The position numbers were made by a program, and so were the translations under genes. Below the pieces are notes generated by a model. It saw nothing but the letters and a program-made list of their open reading frames with translations, was not told the origin of the DNA and ran no database searches. Positions 37,183-46,962 of a stretch of DNA of 64,000 nucleotides are shown piece after piece; positions within the stretch are counted from its first letter, which is position 1, and each line of letters opens with the position of its first letter. The DNA comes from Chloroflexota bacterium. Lineage in GTDB: Bacteria; Chloroflexota; Dehalococcoidia; GIF9; AB-539-J10. Where the stretch lies: contig JACAEN010000026.1 in assembly GCA_013388845.1 (NCBI GenBank), forward strand, positions 37,328 to 101,327, given 5' to 3'.

Positions 37183-38745
37183 CTATAGCTTTACTGCTTT
37201 AGCGCCGTAAATACCAGGGAGGGCACGTATCTCCTGTAGTTGTTCTTCACCCAGAGGTTCATCGAGAGCTAAAATCATGAGGGCTTTACCCCGGGGCTGG
37301 AGTCGAGATAAGTGCATGGAACTGATATTAATATCGGCTTTGCCGGTTATGTTGCCGATAGAGCCAACAAGCCCAGGTCGGTCGAGATGGTCGCAGAAGA
37401 GGAAATAGCCCCCTGTAGGCACGATATCCATCCAGAAGTCATTGACCTGGACAATGTGAGTCTCGCTATCTCTAACAGTACCCGATATAGTGGTGGTTCC
37501 GGCATCGGTGTTGACCTCTAAAGTGAGTAGGTTGGAGTAATTCTGGCAAGTTGCCGCTTTTTCTTCGCTGATCTTCAAGCCACGCTGGGCGGTGATAAGA
37601 CCGACATTGACCAGATTGATTCTTTCCTCGCTTGTTTGCTGCAATAGACCGCTGATGAGCGCCGTCTTAATCGGGTTGCAATCGTAGTTGCTTACTCCGC
37701 CGCTATACTTGATGTGTGTTGAGGTTATTTGTCCTTCCATTAGCTGGCTGGCAAGGTTGCCAATAGTGGCTGCTACTTTCATGAATGGTACCAGCTCAGG
37801 AGCTATGTGCGGAGCATTAACAGCGTATTTACTGAATTGCCCTTGAAGCACAGCTAAGACTTCTGTAGCAACGTCCTTAGCTACGCTGGTCTGAGCTTCG
37901 ACTGTGGAAGCACCCAGATGAGGGGTAACAATTATCTTGTCTTCTTTGAAGAGAGGGCTATCTATTACTGGCTCCTTATCAAAGACATCAAAAGCAGCGC
38001 CAGCTAATTTTCCAGCCTTGATTGCTTTGACTAGGGCTTCCTCATCAATCAATCCGCCCCGAGCACAATTGATAATCCGGGCTGTGGGCTTTAATTTTGC
38101 TAATTCCTTAGCTCCAATTAGTTTCCTGGTGGCTGCTGTCAGAGGCACATGGAGGGTGATAAAGTCCGCCTCTCTGAGGAGCTGATCTAGGGGCACAAGC
38201 TCGGCTTTGAGGTTGTGGGCATAGTCCTGGGAGACAAACGGGTCGTGGGCAATAACGCGCATTTCAAAAGCCTGAGCCCGCTTAGCTACTTCAGAGCCGA
38301 CATTACCCAGGCCGATGATGCCCAGTGTCTTGTTCCTGATTTCCGTGCCGACAAATTCCTCTCTTTGCCATTTACCGGATTTAAGGTGGTTATTCGCTTG
38401 TGGCACATTACGTGCCAGGGCAAGCATGAGGGCAATGGTGTGTTCTGCGGCAGCTATAATATTGCCTGTAGGGGCGTTAACCACCACAATGCCCTTTCTG
38501 GTGGCAGCTTGGACATCAATGTTGTCTATGCCTACTCCAGCTCTGCCAATCACCTTAAGTTTCTTCCCCGATTCAATAATCTCTGCCGTTACTTTGGTCT
38601 GGCTGCGCACAATCAAAGCATCGTAATCGCCAATAATAGCTTTGAGCTGCTCTGGCTGTAACTTGGTCTTGATATCCACCTGAGCGCAGCTACGCAGAAT
38701 CTGTATTCCTTCTTCAGCAATTGGGTCAGCGACTAGAATTTTCAT
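37183..38745 (-). CDS. serA: D-3-phosphoglycerate dehydrogenase (with ACT domain)
   Basis: 520 aa with the 2-hydroxyacid dehydrogenase NAD motif GIIGLGNVG, catalytic His and Arg, and a C-terminal ASB plus ACT. Confidence 0.85.
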   Translation of the reverse strand: MKILVADPIAEEGIQILRSCAQVDIKTKLQPEQLKAIIGDYDALIVRSQTKVTAEIIESGKKLKVIGRAGVGIDNIDVQAATRKGIVVVNAPTGNIIAAAEHTIALMLALARNVPQANNHLKSGKWQREEFVGTEIRNKTLGIIGLGNVGSEVAKRAQAFEMRVIAHDPFVSQDYAHNLKAELVPLDQLLREADFITLHVPLTAATRKLIGAKELAKLKPTARIINCARGGLIDEEALVKAIKAGKLAGAAFDVFDKEPVIDSPLFKEDKIIVTPHLGASTVEAQTSVAKDVATEVLAVLQGQFSKYAVNAPHIAPELVPFMKVAATIGNLASQLMEGQITSTHIKYSGGVSNYDCNPIKTALISGLLQQTSEERINLVNVGLITAQRGLKISEEKAATCQNYSNLLTLEVNTDAGTTTISGTVRDSETHIVQVNDFWMDIVPTGGYFLFCDHLDRPGLVGSIGNITGKADINISSMHLSRLQPRGKALMILALDEPLGEEQLQEIRALPGIYGAKAVKL

Positions 38746-38752
38746 ATTTTAG

Positions 38753-39835
38753 TTAGCCTTTCTTCGCTTGAGGAAGAGCCTTGGTTAATGCCTCCAGTAC
38801 CGCTTTGATATCCTTTTCGTATACCAAGCCGAGATGGCCAATGCGGAAGATTTTGCCTGACAACTTTTGTTGTCCTCCGGCAATGACTACCTCATGTTCC
38901 TCCCTGAGTATCCGAACTAGTTTAGAAACATCAACTTTGTCAGAGGCATTCACTGCTGTCACTGTGTTGGAAGCATATTTCTCGTCCGGGAAAAGGGAGA
39001 ACCCCAGTGATTTAACGCCGTTTCTGGCTACTTGGGCTACCCGAGTATGTCTGGCGAATACATTATTCAGTCCTTCGCTTAACATTAAATCCAGGGTGGT
39101 GTCCAGAGCGAAGAAAACGGAGATGGCAGGTGTCCAGGGAGTTTGCCCTTTCTGAAGAAAATCTTTGGCTTTAGTGAAATCCCAGTAATAGCGGGGCATT
39201 TTCGCCTGAGCATGAGCCCGCCAGGCTTTTTCACTGACACTAACCATAGCTAGTCCGGGAGGCACCATCCACCCCTTTTGGGAAGCAGTGACCACTATGT
39301 CGCAATGCCAATCGTCGGTAGGTAAATTGATGCAGCCCAGGCTTGAGATGGCGTCAACCAAAAGGAGTTTGTCGGATTTCTTGACTATGGCGCTTATCTC
39401 CTTAACATCGTTAGTCATCCCAGTGGATGTTTCATTGTGAGTTGCCAGCACCGCCTTGATGTTGCCATCTGCCTTCAATGCCTTTTCTACGGCTTTGAGG
39501 TCGACTGGCTTACCCCATTCAAAGTTCAGGCGGGTTACTTCAGCGCCATAGCTTTCGGCAATGTCGGCAAATCGCTCACCGAAGTATCCATTGGAGATAG
39601 ACAAAACCCTGTCACCTGGCGACAATGTATTCACAATGGCGGCTTCCAAGCCACCAGTGCCCGAACCGGTAAGCAGGAAAACATCTCCCTTGGTCTGAAA
39701 TGCCTGTTTCAGTTTCCCCGTTACCGAATTGAGAATTTTGCCAAATTCCTCTCCCCGATGGTTTATCATTTGCCGCCCCATGGCCTCAAGGGCTTGTGGC
39801 GGACAAGGCGTTGGTCCCGGAATACGTAGCTGCAT
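38753..39835 (-). CDS. class-V PLP aminotransferase (archaeal-type phosphoserine / serine-glyoxylate aminotransferase-like)
   Basis: 360 aa with the PLP-Lys region (TASQKGWMVPPGL). It is adjacent to serA. Confidence 0.7.
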   Translation of the reverse strand: MQLRIPGPTPCPPQALEAMGRQMINHRGEEFGKILNSVTGKLKQAFQTKGDVFLLTGSGTGGLEAAIVNTLSPGDRVLSISNGYFGERFADIAESYGAEVTRLNFEWGKPVDLKAVEKALKADGNIKAVLATHNETSTGMTNDVKEISAIVKKSDKLLLVDAISSLGCINLPTDDWHCDIVVTASQKGWMVPPGLAMVSVSEKAWRAHAQAKMPRYYWDFTKAKDFLQKGQTPWTPAISVFFALDTTLDLMLSEGLNNVFARHTRVAQVARNGVKSLGFSLFPDEKYASNTVTAVNASDKVDVSKLVRILREEHEVVIAGGQQKLSGKIFRIGHLGLVYEKDIKAVLEALTKALPQAKKG

Positions 39836-39853
39836 TTTTACCTCCTAATTAGA

Positions 39854-41107
39854 CTATTTTTTATCAGCATCGGCGATTTTGACAAAGCGGCGCTTACCTA
39901 CTTTGATAATGCTACCGTCTATGGGAACCATTTTCCCATCAATGCTTATAAGGAGCGTGCCGTCTGCGTAATGCAGTGTGATGTCCTTGGGAATTTTTTT
40001 GGCGTCAACTTCGACAGACTGTTCAGCGATTAAGCGTTTTGCCTCACTCTTACTACTGGCAAGACCGCTGGCATAAATCAGGCCAGATAAGGATACGCCT
40101 TGGAGCTTTTTGAAAGACTCCTTATACACAGGTATCTCTTCTGGCAACTCTCTTTTCTGAAATACCTTGGCGAAGTGTTCTTGCGCCTCATCCGCTGCTT
40201 CTTGGCTGTGGAATTGCCTGACAATTTCATGGGCTAGGCGTTTCTTGAGGTTCATGGGGTTAACTGAGTGGGTTTTCAGTTGCTCCTTGAACTCAGCGAT
40301 TTCTTCGTCACAAACGTCGGTCGCCAGCTCAAAATAGTCCAGGATAAGGGAATCCGGGATGGACATTAGCTTGCCGTATATCTCCCGGGGAGGTTCAGCA
40401 ATGCCTATATGGTTATTTAAGCTCTTGCTCATCTTTTGATTGCCATCAGTGCCAATCAGGAGAGGGACAAGGAAAACTTGCTGAGGAGGTTGTCCCATAC
40501 CTTGCTGTAGCTCTCTGCCCACAAGGCAATTGAATTTCTGGTCGATGCCACCGAACTCAACATCGGCTCGGATAGCTACTGAATCGTAGCCCTGTAGCAA
40601 AGGATAAAGCATTTCCGTTAGGGATATGGGGTTGCCGCAACTATACCTCTTGCTAAAATCCTCTCTGGCGAGAAGTTGAGCAACGGTAAATTTGCTGGTA
40701 AGCTTAATTATTTCATCCAAAGTGAACTGAGAAAACCATTCGCTTTGCCATCTTAGCTCTGTTTTATCCTTATCCACCACCTTGAAGAATTGTTCCATGT
40801 AAGTTCTGGCATTAGCCTCTATTTCACCAGGGGAAAGCATGGGGCGAGTAGCCGATTGCCCGCTGGGGTCGCCAATTCGAGCTGTCCAGTCGCCAACTAT
40901 GAGAGTGACTTTGTGTCCGAGCTCTTGAAATTGACGCAGCTTCCTCAGTCCCACCACATGTCCCAAGTGGATGTCAGGAGCGCTGGGGTCAAAGCCTTGC
41001 TTTAAGTTCAAAATCCTGCCCGATTTCAGCAACTTCAGTAGCTCGGCTTCTGTAATAACTTCAGCTACTCCTCGTTTCAATAGGGGTTTGAACTTTGCCT
41101 CAATCAT
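39854..41107 (-). CDS. tyrS: tyrosine--tRNA ligase
   Basis: 417 aa with HIGH-like (DIHLGH) and KMSKS motifs and a C-terminal S4 domain. Confidence 0.9.
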   Translation of the reverse strand: MIEAKFKPLLKRGVAEVITEAELLKLLKSGRILNLKQGFDPSAPDIHLGHVVGLRKLRQFQELGHKVTLIVGDWTARIGDPSGQSATRPMLSPGEIEANARTYMEQFFKVVDKDKTELRWQSEWFSQFTLDEIIKLTSKFTVAQLLAREDFSKRYSCGNPISLTEMLYPLLQGYDSVAIRADVEFGGIDQKFNCLVGRELQQGMGQPPQQVFLVPLLIGTDGNQKMSKSLNNHIGIAEPPREIYGKLMSIPDSLILDYFELATDVCDEEIAEFKEQLKTHSVNPMNLKKRLAHEIVRQFHSQEAADEAQEHFAKVFQKRELPEEIPVYKESFKKLQGVSLSGLIYASGLASSKSEAKRLIAEQSVEVDAKKIPKDITLHYADGTLLISIDGKMVPIDGSIIKVGKRRFVKIADADKK

Positions 41108-42039
41108 TTTAGCTCTTTAGCTAGGATTATTTCGGCCTCTCGAACATCTTTTTCGATTTGTGCCTTTAGCTCTTCAGAAGAGGGAAAGCGCTGCTCATTC
41201 CTTAATTTTTGCACAAATTCTACCCTTATTTCTTTGCCATATAAATCACCTGTATAGTTTAAGAGGTGAGTCTCTACTAATTTTCTCCCTTCTCCAAAGG
41301 TGGGGCGGATGCCAATATTAGTTACTGAGGGAAATTGCTTGCCATCTACTTGAGTGATGGTGGCGTAGATGCCGTTGCCTGGTAATGCTTGTCCCGATGT
41401 AATCGGAATGTCCAGGTTAGCGGTGGGGAACCCCAAAACTCGCCCCCGTTTATCAGAGGTAATGACTTTGCCTCCCAGGTGGAAATAGCGCCCCATCAAC
41501 TTGTTTACCTTTCGCATATCGCCTTGAGCTAAGGCTCGTCGGATGAGAGTGCTGCTCACTACTTCGCCGTTGATTGTATAAAGGGGGATAACTTCCACGC
41601 TGAACTTCATTTCACGTCCCAGTGAGCGAAGTAGGTTAATGTCGCCCTCTCGGCCTCGTCCTAAAGCAAAATCGGGCCCTACCATGATGCCCTGCATCCT
41701 GAGGTGTTTCTTAATCAAGGACATAAACCCCTTTGTGCTTAGCCGGGCTACCTCAGGAGTGAAAGTTAGCACTGCGACTATGTTTATGCCTAGCTCTTTG
41801 AGGGTTTTGATTCTATCCTCCACATCGCTTAACCAGGGGAGCTGGTCATGAGGATGTAATACTGACTGAGGATGAGGGTTAAAGGTAACTACGCCGCTGA
41901 GCAAGTTTTTCTCCGCTGCTCGCTGCTGTAATTTTTCCAGCAAGTAGCGATGCCCGGCATGAACACCATCAAACACGCCTATAGCAAGGAGCGTTTCCCG
42001 TTGGGGAACTATTTTAGCTAGTTCTGACAGAATTTCCAT
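41104..42039 (-). CDS. ribF: bifunctional riboflavin kinase / FMN adenylyltransferase
   Basis: 311 aa with GVFDGVHAGH and a C-terminal riboflavin kinase domain. Confidence 0.85.
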   Translation of the reverse strand: MEILSELAKIVPQRETLLAIGVFDGVHAGHRYLLEKLQQRAAEKNLLSGVVTFNPHPQSVLHPHDQLPWLSDVEDRIKTLKELGINIVAVLTFTPEVARLSTKGFMSLIKKHLRMQGIMVGPDFALGRGREGDINLLRSLGREMKFSVEVIPLYTINGEVVSSTLIRRALAQGDMRKVNKLMGRYFHLGGKVITSDKRGRVLGFPTANLDIPITSGQALPGNGIYATITQVDGKQFPSVTNIGIRPTFGEGRKLVETHLLNYTGDLYGKEIRVEFVQKLRNEQRFPSSEELKAQIEKDVREAEIILAKELK

Positions 42040-42043
42040 GGTT

Positions 42044-43084
42044 TCAGGGTTTGGTCTTTGCGCTTGGAGTAGCTAGCTTTCTGTTCCTAGCTTGGGCTAT
42101 GAGCAATAATTGAGACATTAAGAGGCGAAAGCCATCGAAGTTGAGTGATTGAGGACCGTCGGCGAGTGCTGAGTCGGGATTGGGATGGACTTCTATGAGA
42201 AGTCCATCTGCCCCGGCAGCTATTGCCGCTAATGCCATAGGAGACACTAGATACCATTTACCCGTGGCATGGCTGGGGTCAGCGATAATAGGCAGATGGC
42301 TGGCTTTTTCTATGACAGGTATGGAACTAATGTCCATGGTATTACGGGTAAAGGTCTCGAAAGTTCTGATACCCCGTTCGCAAAGGATGACATTCTCGTT
42401 TCCTTGATTCAGAATATATTCGGCAGCCAATAGCCACTCTTGAATGGTAGATGATAAACCACGTTTCAGCAACACTGGCTTCTTTATTTTCCCTACCTCG
42501 TCGAGCAAAATAAAGTTTTGCATGTTTCTCGCTCCAATCTGGAGTATATCAACATATCTAGCCACCAAATCAACATCGTGAGGCGCCATAACCTCGGTAA
42601 TTACCGGCATCTTGGTTTCCTTTCCTACTGCCGCCAGTATTTCCAGCCCGGTTGCTCCTAACCCTCGAAAGTCGTAAGGTGAAGTGCGTGGTTTGAAGGC
42701 GCCACCGCGCAGCACTGTGGCACCAGCGGCTTTGACTGCTTGAGCGGTGGCCAGGAGTTGCTCCTCACTCTCTATAGCGCAAGGGCCGGCCATGACGACT
42801 ATTTCATTGCCACCGATAGCTACGCCATCTACTTTGACTATGGTGTCTTTGGGGTGGAACTCGCGGCTGGTAAGTTTGTAGGGTTTGCTCACAGGGATGA
42901 CCTGTTCTACGCCAGGGAGCAATTCCAAGCTATCGCGAAGTTCAGGGAAAACTTTCCCCAGCACGCCAATCACAGTATGTTCAATGCCCTCTGAGATGTG
43001 TGCTTTTAAGCCTGCGTCTTCAATTCTTTTCGTAACCCTGCTTATTGCATCCTGGCTGGAACCGGGTTTCATGACTACAATCAT
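42044..43084 (-). CDS. 3-deoxy-7-phosphoheptulonate (DAHP) synthase, type I-beta with N-terminal ferredoxin-like regulatory domain
   Basis: 346 aa with the KDO8PS/DAHPS core (MAGPCAIES, KPRTSPY, GARNMQN) preceded by a ~75-aa regulatory domain. Confidence 0.8.
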   Translation of the reverse strand: MIVVMKPGSSQDAISRVTKRIEDAGLKAHISEGIEHTVIGVLGKVFPELRDSLELLPGVEQVIPVSKPYKLTSREFHPKDTIVKVDGVAIGGNEIVVMAGPCAIESEEQLLATAQAVKAAGATVLRGGAFKPRTSPYDFRGLGATGLEILAAVGKETKMPVITEVMAPHDVDLVARYVDILQIGARNMQNFILLDEVGKIKKPVLLKRGLSSTIQEWLLAAEYILNQGNENVILCERGIRTFETFTRNTMDISSIPVIEKASHLPIIADPSHATGKWYLVSPMALAAIAAGADGLLIEVHPNPDSALADGPQSLNFDGFRLLMSQLLLIAQARNRKLATPSAKTKP

Positions 43085-43464
43085 GCCTTGCCTCCGATTG
43101 GCGGCGATGTCTTGTCTTTTAGCTTCTTGGCCCCTCCTAAGTAAACATGTACGATTTCCCCAGGTTCCTTTTCAGTGTTTACTAACATCAGGATTCTCAG
43201 ACAACGAGGCAAGTCGTTAGGGACGTTCATTTCATGTCCGCAAAGCAGGGCCAGATGCTGTGGCCATCCGAGCTCCCGTGTCGCTGCCGCAGGAAACTCA
43301 GCATTCAGGTCTGATGTGGTGCTGAAAAGGATAGCAGCTATGTCCTTGATTTCAATTTTGTTAGCCCGTGCCATTTCTGTCAGTAGCTCTTTAGTTGCAG
43401 CTATGATGCTCTCTTTGTTATTTGCTGGCACCGTAATGGCACCTCGGATGCCGCGGCACTGCAA
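43081..43464 (-). CDS. aroH: chorismate mutase, AroH class
   Basis: 127 aa, with the MQCRGIRGAITV... N-terminus characteristic of monofunctional AroH. Confidence 0.7.
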   Translation of the reverse strand: MQCRGIRGAITVPANNKESIIAATKELLTEMARANKIEIKDIAAILFSTTSDLNAEFPAAATRELGWPQHLALLCGHEMNVPNDLPRCLRILMLVNTEKEPGEIVHVYLGGAKKLKDKTSPPIGGKA

Positions 43465-43709
43465 TTTAATTTTCCCCTTTTCAGATTTAAATTAATAGCC
43501 TACCCTAATTCTCATCCTTCGTCAAGAACGCTTGCCTTGGTAGCGGGATAAACTGTTGTAATTATGTGTGCTAAGGCCAGCTCGACCAATGTAAAGGGCT
43601 AGGTTCTAATGATACCATCATTTGCTATTGGCTTATCTGGTAGCAGCCTTACATGGTAGAATGAACGTGGGTATATCACGGTTACTGGTAGTATCGGTGA
43701 TTTGTAAAT

Positions 43710-44093
43710 ATGGAGAAGGAGAAATTTGAAGCTCTCGTAGTCAAGGCGATTGATAATTTGCCACTGGAGTTTCAGCGCAAGCTGGAGAATGTTGATATTG
43801 TGGTGGAAGATTGGCCGACACGCAGGCAACTGAGACAGGCTAAGCGCAGTCATCCCACCCAATTGCTTGGTCTTTATCAGGGGGTGCCCCAAACTAGACG
43901 AGGCGAGGGGTATGGAATGGTTTTGCCTGATAAGATAACTATCTTTCAAAAGCCCATAGAGGCGCAGTGCCGCTTTGGCGATGAAATTAAAACAACAGTA
44001 GAGGAAGTAGTGCGCCACGAAATAGCCCACCATTTTGGCCTCGACGAAAAGGCTTTGCGGAAGATAGAAGGTAAGAAACGCAGTAAGAAGTGA
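43710..44093 (+). CDS. zincin-like metallopeptidase family protein (HExxH)
   Basis: 127 aa with HEIAHHFG. Confidence 0.55.
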   Translation: MEKEKFEALVVKAIDNLPLEFQRKLENVDIVVEDWPTRRQLRQAKRSHPTQLLGLYQGVPQTRRGEGYGMVLPDKITIFQKPIEAQCRFGDEIKTTVEEVVRHEIAHHFGLDEKALRKIEGKKRSKK

Positions 44094-44096
44094 GTT

Positions 44097-44759
44097 GTGC
44101 CTACAGCTATGCCGGATGGTGTTAAAAGTTCCGAAAAAGTTTCAAGGAGAGTTTTTCGGAGATATTTTCCCCTGATATTTATACTATGGATTCTTTTTGT
44201 GTTATATCCCAATCCTCTAAACTTAATCATTAGTATCCACAGGGTTCTTAACTTTGATGCTGACCCTAGTGCTGTTGAATTTATGCTGAATGACTTTCCT
44301 TCCGACCCTGTAGATATAGAGAAAGAAATCCTAGCTAGAATCCCTTATCGCCATGATTGGGAGCTTTATAGCATGCCTTGGTATTGTCCCACCGTTGAAG
44401 AAGTGCTGGAAAAAAGAGAGGGGGATTGCAAAGCCCGAGCTCTGGTCTTAGCTTCTGTTTTGGAAGCAAAAAACATTACCTATCAGGTTCGTTCATCCCC
44501 TATACATACTTGGGTAGACTATGGAGGTAAGCAGGAGACTTCACTTGAGAATGCTCAAGTCGAGTTTTACCAATACGACCCCGAAACAGGTGAGAGGCGA
44601 TTCCAGATTCCTCATATTGCTCTGAGCGAGGTGATGGATTCCTTCTGGCGAGCCTTTTGGGGTCCCATGCCCGACGGCAGAAAGGCACTTCTAATTTCGG
44701 GCTTATTAGCTTTGGTAGCAGCCAGAGTTATTTTGCGCAAGAAGAGGGTTGCCCAGTAA
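44097..44759 (+). CDS. transglutaminase-like cysteine protease domain membrane protein
   Basis: 220 aa with an N-terminal TM and a Cys-His-Asp core (EGDCKARALVLASVLEA ... IHTWVDY ... D). Confidence 0.6.
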   Translation: MPTAMPDGVKSSEKVSRRVFRRYFPLIFILWILFVLYPNPLNLIISIHRVLNFDADPSAVEFMLNDFPSDPVDIEKEILARIPYRHDWELYSMPWYCPTVEEVLEKREGDCKARALVLASVLEAKNITYQVRSSPIHTWVDYGGKQETSLENAQVEFYQYDPETGERRFQIPHIALSEVMDSFWRAFWGPMPDGRKALLISGLLALVAARVILRKKRVAQ

Positions 44760-44877
44760 AATGCTATTTTATATTATTTATATTAAGGGGTGCCATTTGT
44801 AATTTTTGAAGCATATCGATGGGAGTTCGAAGGCGAAGGCTGACCAGGTATGGAGCTGAAGGGATGCGATATAATCA

Positions 44878-45906
44878 GTGGCAGTGTTGAATAGGGTATC
44901 CTTGCGCATAATTTTGTCAGTGGGGCTGGCCATCGTATTCACTATTGGTCTGAGCTTCGCAACGTTGGAAATTCCTCAGCTACTTGCTGCAGCTCTGCGC
45001 GGCGTCATCCCAGACCCAGGTTATGATCCTAGTGCCATCGAGAAGTTTATTCGAGACCATCATGTGAGAGCTATTGGGTATGCTTGCCTTGGAACTATTT
45101 GCGGTTTGATAGTTGCCGGATTCCTGACCAGAAAGAGGTCACTGGCATCCGCCGGGGCAGTACTGATGTTTCTGCCAACCTTTGGTTATTTTGCCAGCTC
45201 TATGTTTTTCCTGGCTGGGTTGGGAATTCTGAGGGTCCCTTGGATGCCGATCTGGGATGCATCCTTTGACCTACTGAAACTTGGTGATGTTGCTTATTTG
45301 CCCTATATGGCAGTTGTGTATCCGCTTTCCTTAGTATGTGGGTCTCCGACCTCGGGGAGCGACGTTAGGGAGATCATCGGGGTATTTGTCGTAATGGTCG
45401 GACTCTTTATATTTCTGCTCGGCACAATTACTTGGTTATATGGGAAGTATCAGAAGAAGGGCGTGATAGATTTCTGGATATACAAGTACTCCCGCCATCC
45501 TCAATACTTGGGATTTATTATCTGGAGCTATGGTGTCATGATACTGGCGGCACTCACCCCGGTTGTGAAAGGCGGGGTTAATCCGGGAGCCAGCCTGCCC
45601 TGGCTATTATCTTCATTGGTGATAATCGGCATTGCCTTGAATGAAGAAATCATGATGGTTAAGAAATATGGTCAGGTGTACTTGGAGTACCAGAAACGGA
45701 CGCCATTTATGTTACCAGTAGGTAGATTCATTTCATCGGCAATATCGACGCCTGCCAGGATTTTATTTCATACAAACCTGCCACAGAGCAGGATGCAGAT
45801 TGCTGTTATTTTGGTGATATATTTTGTGTTTCTCGTGCTGGTATCGCTACCATTCGTTCTCCTTCAGTGGCCACCGCTGCCGGGGTGGTCTGCTTGGCCC
45901 CTCTAA
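44878..45906 (+). CDS. ICMT/PEMT-family membrane methyltransferase
   Basis: 342 aa, polytopic, with SRHPQYLGF and an EEIMMVKKYGQVYLEYQKRTP C-terminal signature. Confidence 0.6.
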   Translation: MAVLNRVSLRIILSVGLAIVFTIGLSFATLEIPQLLAAALRGVIPDPGYDPSAIEKFIRDHHVRAIGYACLGTICGLIVAGFLTRKRSLASAGAVLMFLPTFGYFASSMFFLAGLGILRVPWMPIWDASFDLLKLGDVAYLPYMAVVYPLSLVCGSPTSGSDVREIIGVFVVMVGLFIFLLGTITWLYGKYQKKGVIDFWIYKYSRHPQYLGFIIWSYGVMILAALTPVVKGGVNPGASLPWLLSSLVIIGIALNEEIMMVKKYGQVYLEYQKRTPFMLPVGRFISSAISTPARILFHTNLPQSRMQIAVILVIYFVFLVLVSLPFVLLQWPPLPGWSAWPL

Positions 45907-45972
45907 TAGATTGCCTCGGCGTCACAGTGATACTTCGACATTGGGACTTCTTCGGTGTAGAATACCCCCTAT

Positions 45973-46905
45973 ATGAGCACAAAGAGGCCGGTAAGGCTGG
46001 ATACGGTCTACTGGGGTCTTCTTCTTTTTGTCGTCGCTCAAATGCTCATCCTTGTTGTTGCACCTCGTATAGGCCCATTCTTGGATGAAAATAATATAGA
46101 AATACCGACCCAGCCATCCGCGCCGATAGCTTGGTGGCCTGGGGAAGTGACATTACCCGATGGGGAGGTTATCGACGTTCCTGCCCATTCAGCATTAGGC
46201 CCAATTTTAATCTATATTTTTGCCGCAGCAGCCGTGCTTGGACTTACGCTCTCCAAGATTCCGCTTAAAGCTCTGAAGGTTCTTCTTAGACTCTTGTTTG
46301 CCCTTCTATTTAGCTGGGGTGCTCTCATCGCAACTGTCTTCTACATGCCCCTTCCACTAGCTGTCGCTGTCGCTGTCGTATTTGGAACATTCTGGTTCGT
46401 GATACCCCTCGTCTGGTTACATAATCTGGTCATGATTCTGGCGGTTAGTAGTCTAGGAGCAGTTTTTGGTCGCTTTATTACGCCGTGGACGGCGATGGCC
46501 ATTATTTTGGCACTCGCCGTCTATGACTTCCTGGCAGTTCGTTTTAGGTTCATGCTCTGGATGGCAGACAGGCTATCGCAAATAAATGCCTTACCAGCGC
46601 TAATCATCCCCAAAAACTCTTCCGAGTGGAATTTCAACTTGAAAAAACGGGAGAAGATAGTAGAGGTGAATCCCGCTGACAGGGAATACTCCATACTAGG
46701 TGGTGGCGACATCGCCTTCCCTTGTCTGCTGACAGCCTCCGTTTATTTTGCCAGAGGGCTAGCTCCAGCGGCTACCATTGCAGTATTCGGATTACTGGGA
46801 TTGGTTAGCGTCTATGCGATTCAAGCGAGATTTTTAAAGGGGAAGCCGATGCCGGCTCTGCCACCTATCGCTGCCTTTACATTGGTTGGATTATTGATTG
46901 TCTAG
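45973..46905 (+). CDS. presenilin/signal-peptide-peptidase-like (A22 family, GxGD) intramembrane aspartyl protease
   Basis: 310 aa, polytopic. It has YD (AVYDFLA), GxGD (LGGGDIAFP) and PAL (MPALPP) motifs in the canonical order. Confidence 0.55.
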   Translation: MSTKRPVRLDTVYWGLLLFVVAQMLILVVAPRIGPFLDENNIEIPTQPSAPIAWWPGEVTLPDGEVIDVPAHSALGPILIYIFAAAAVLGLTLSKIPLKALKVLLRLLFALLFSWGALIATVFYMPLPLAVAVAVVFGTFWFVIPLVWLHNLVMILAVSSLGAVFGRFITPWTAMAIILALAVYDFLAVRFRFMLWMADRLSQINALPALIIPKNSSEWNFNLKKREKIVEVNPADREYSILGGGDIAFPCLLTASVYFARGLAPAATIAVFGLLGLVSVYAIQARFLKGKPMPALPPIAAFTLVGLLIV

Positions 46906-46962
46906 TGCCACAGTAAATCCTTGCTCTAAGCTGGATTTTTCAATATACTGACGAGTAACGAG

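Noticed and set aside
43599-44033. 144-aa minus-strand ORF antisense to the zincin-like gene
   Set aside because: It overlaps a better-supported plus-strand CDS that has a conserved HExxH motif, and it has no recognisable domains.
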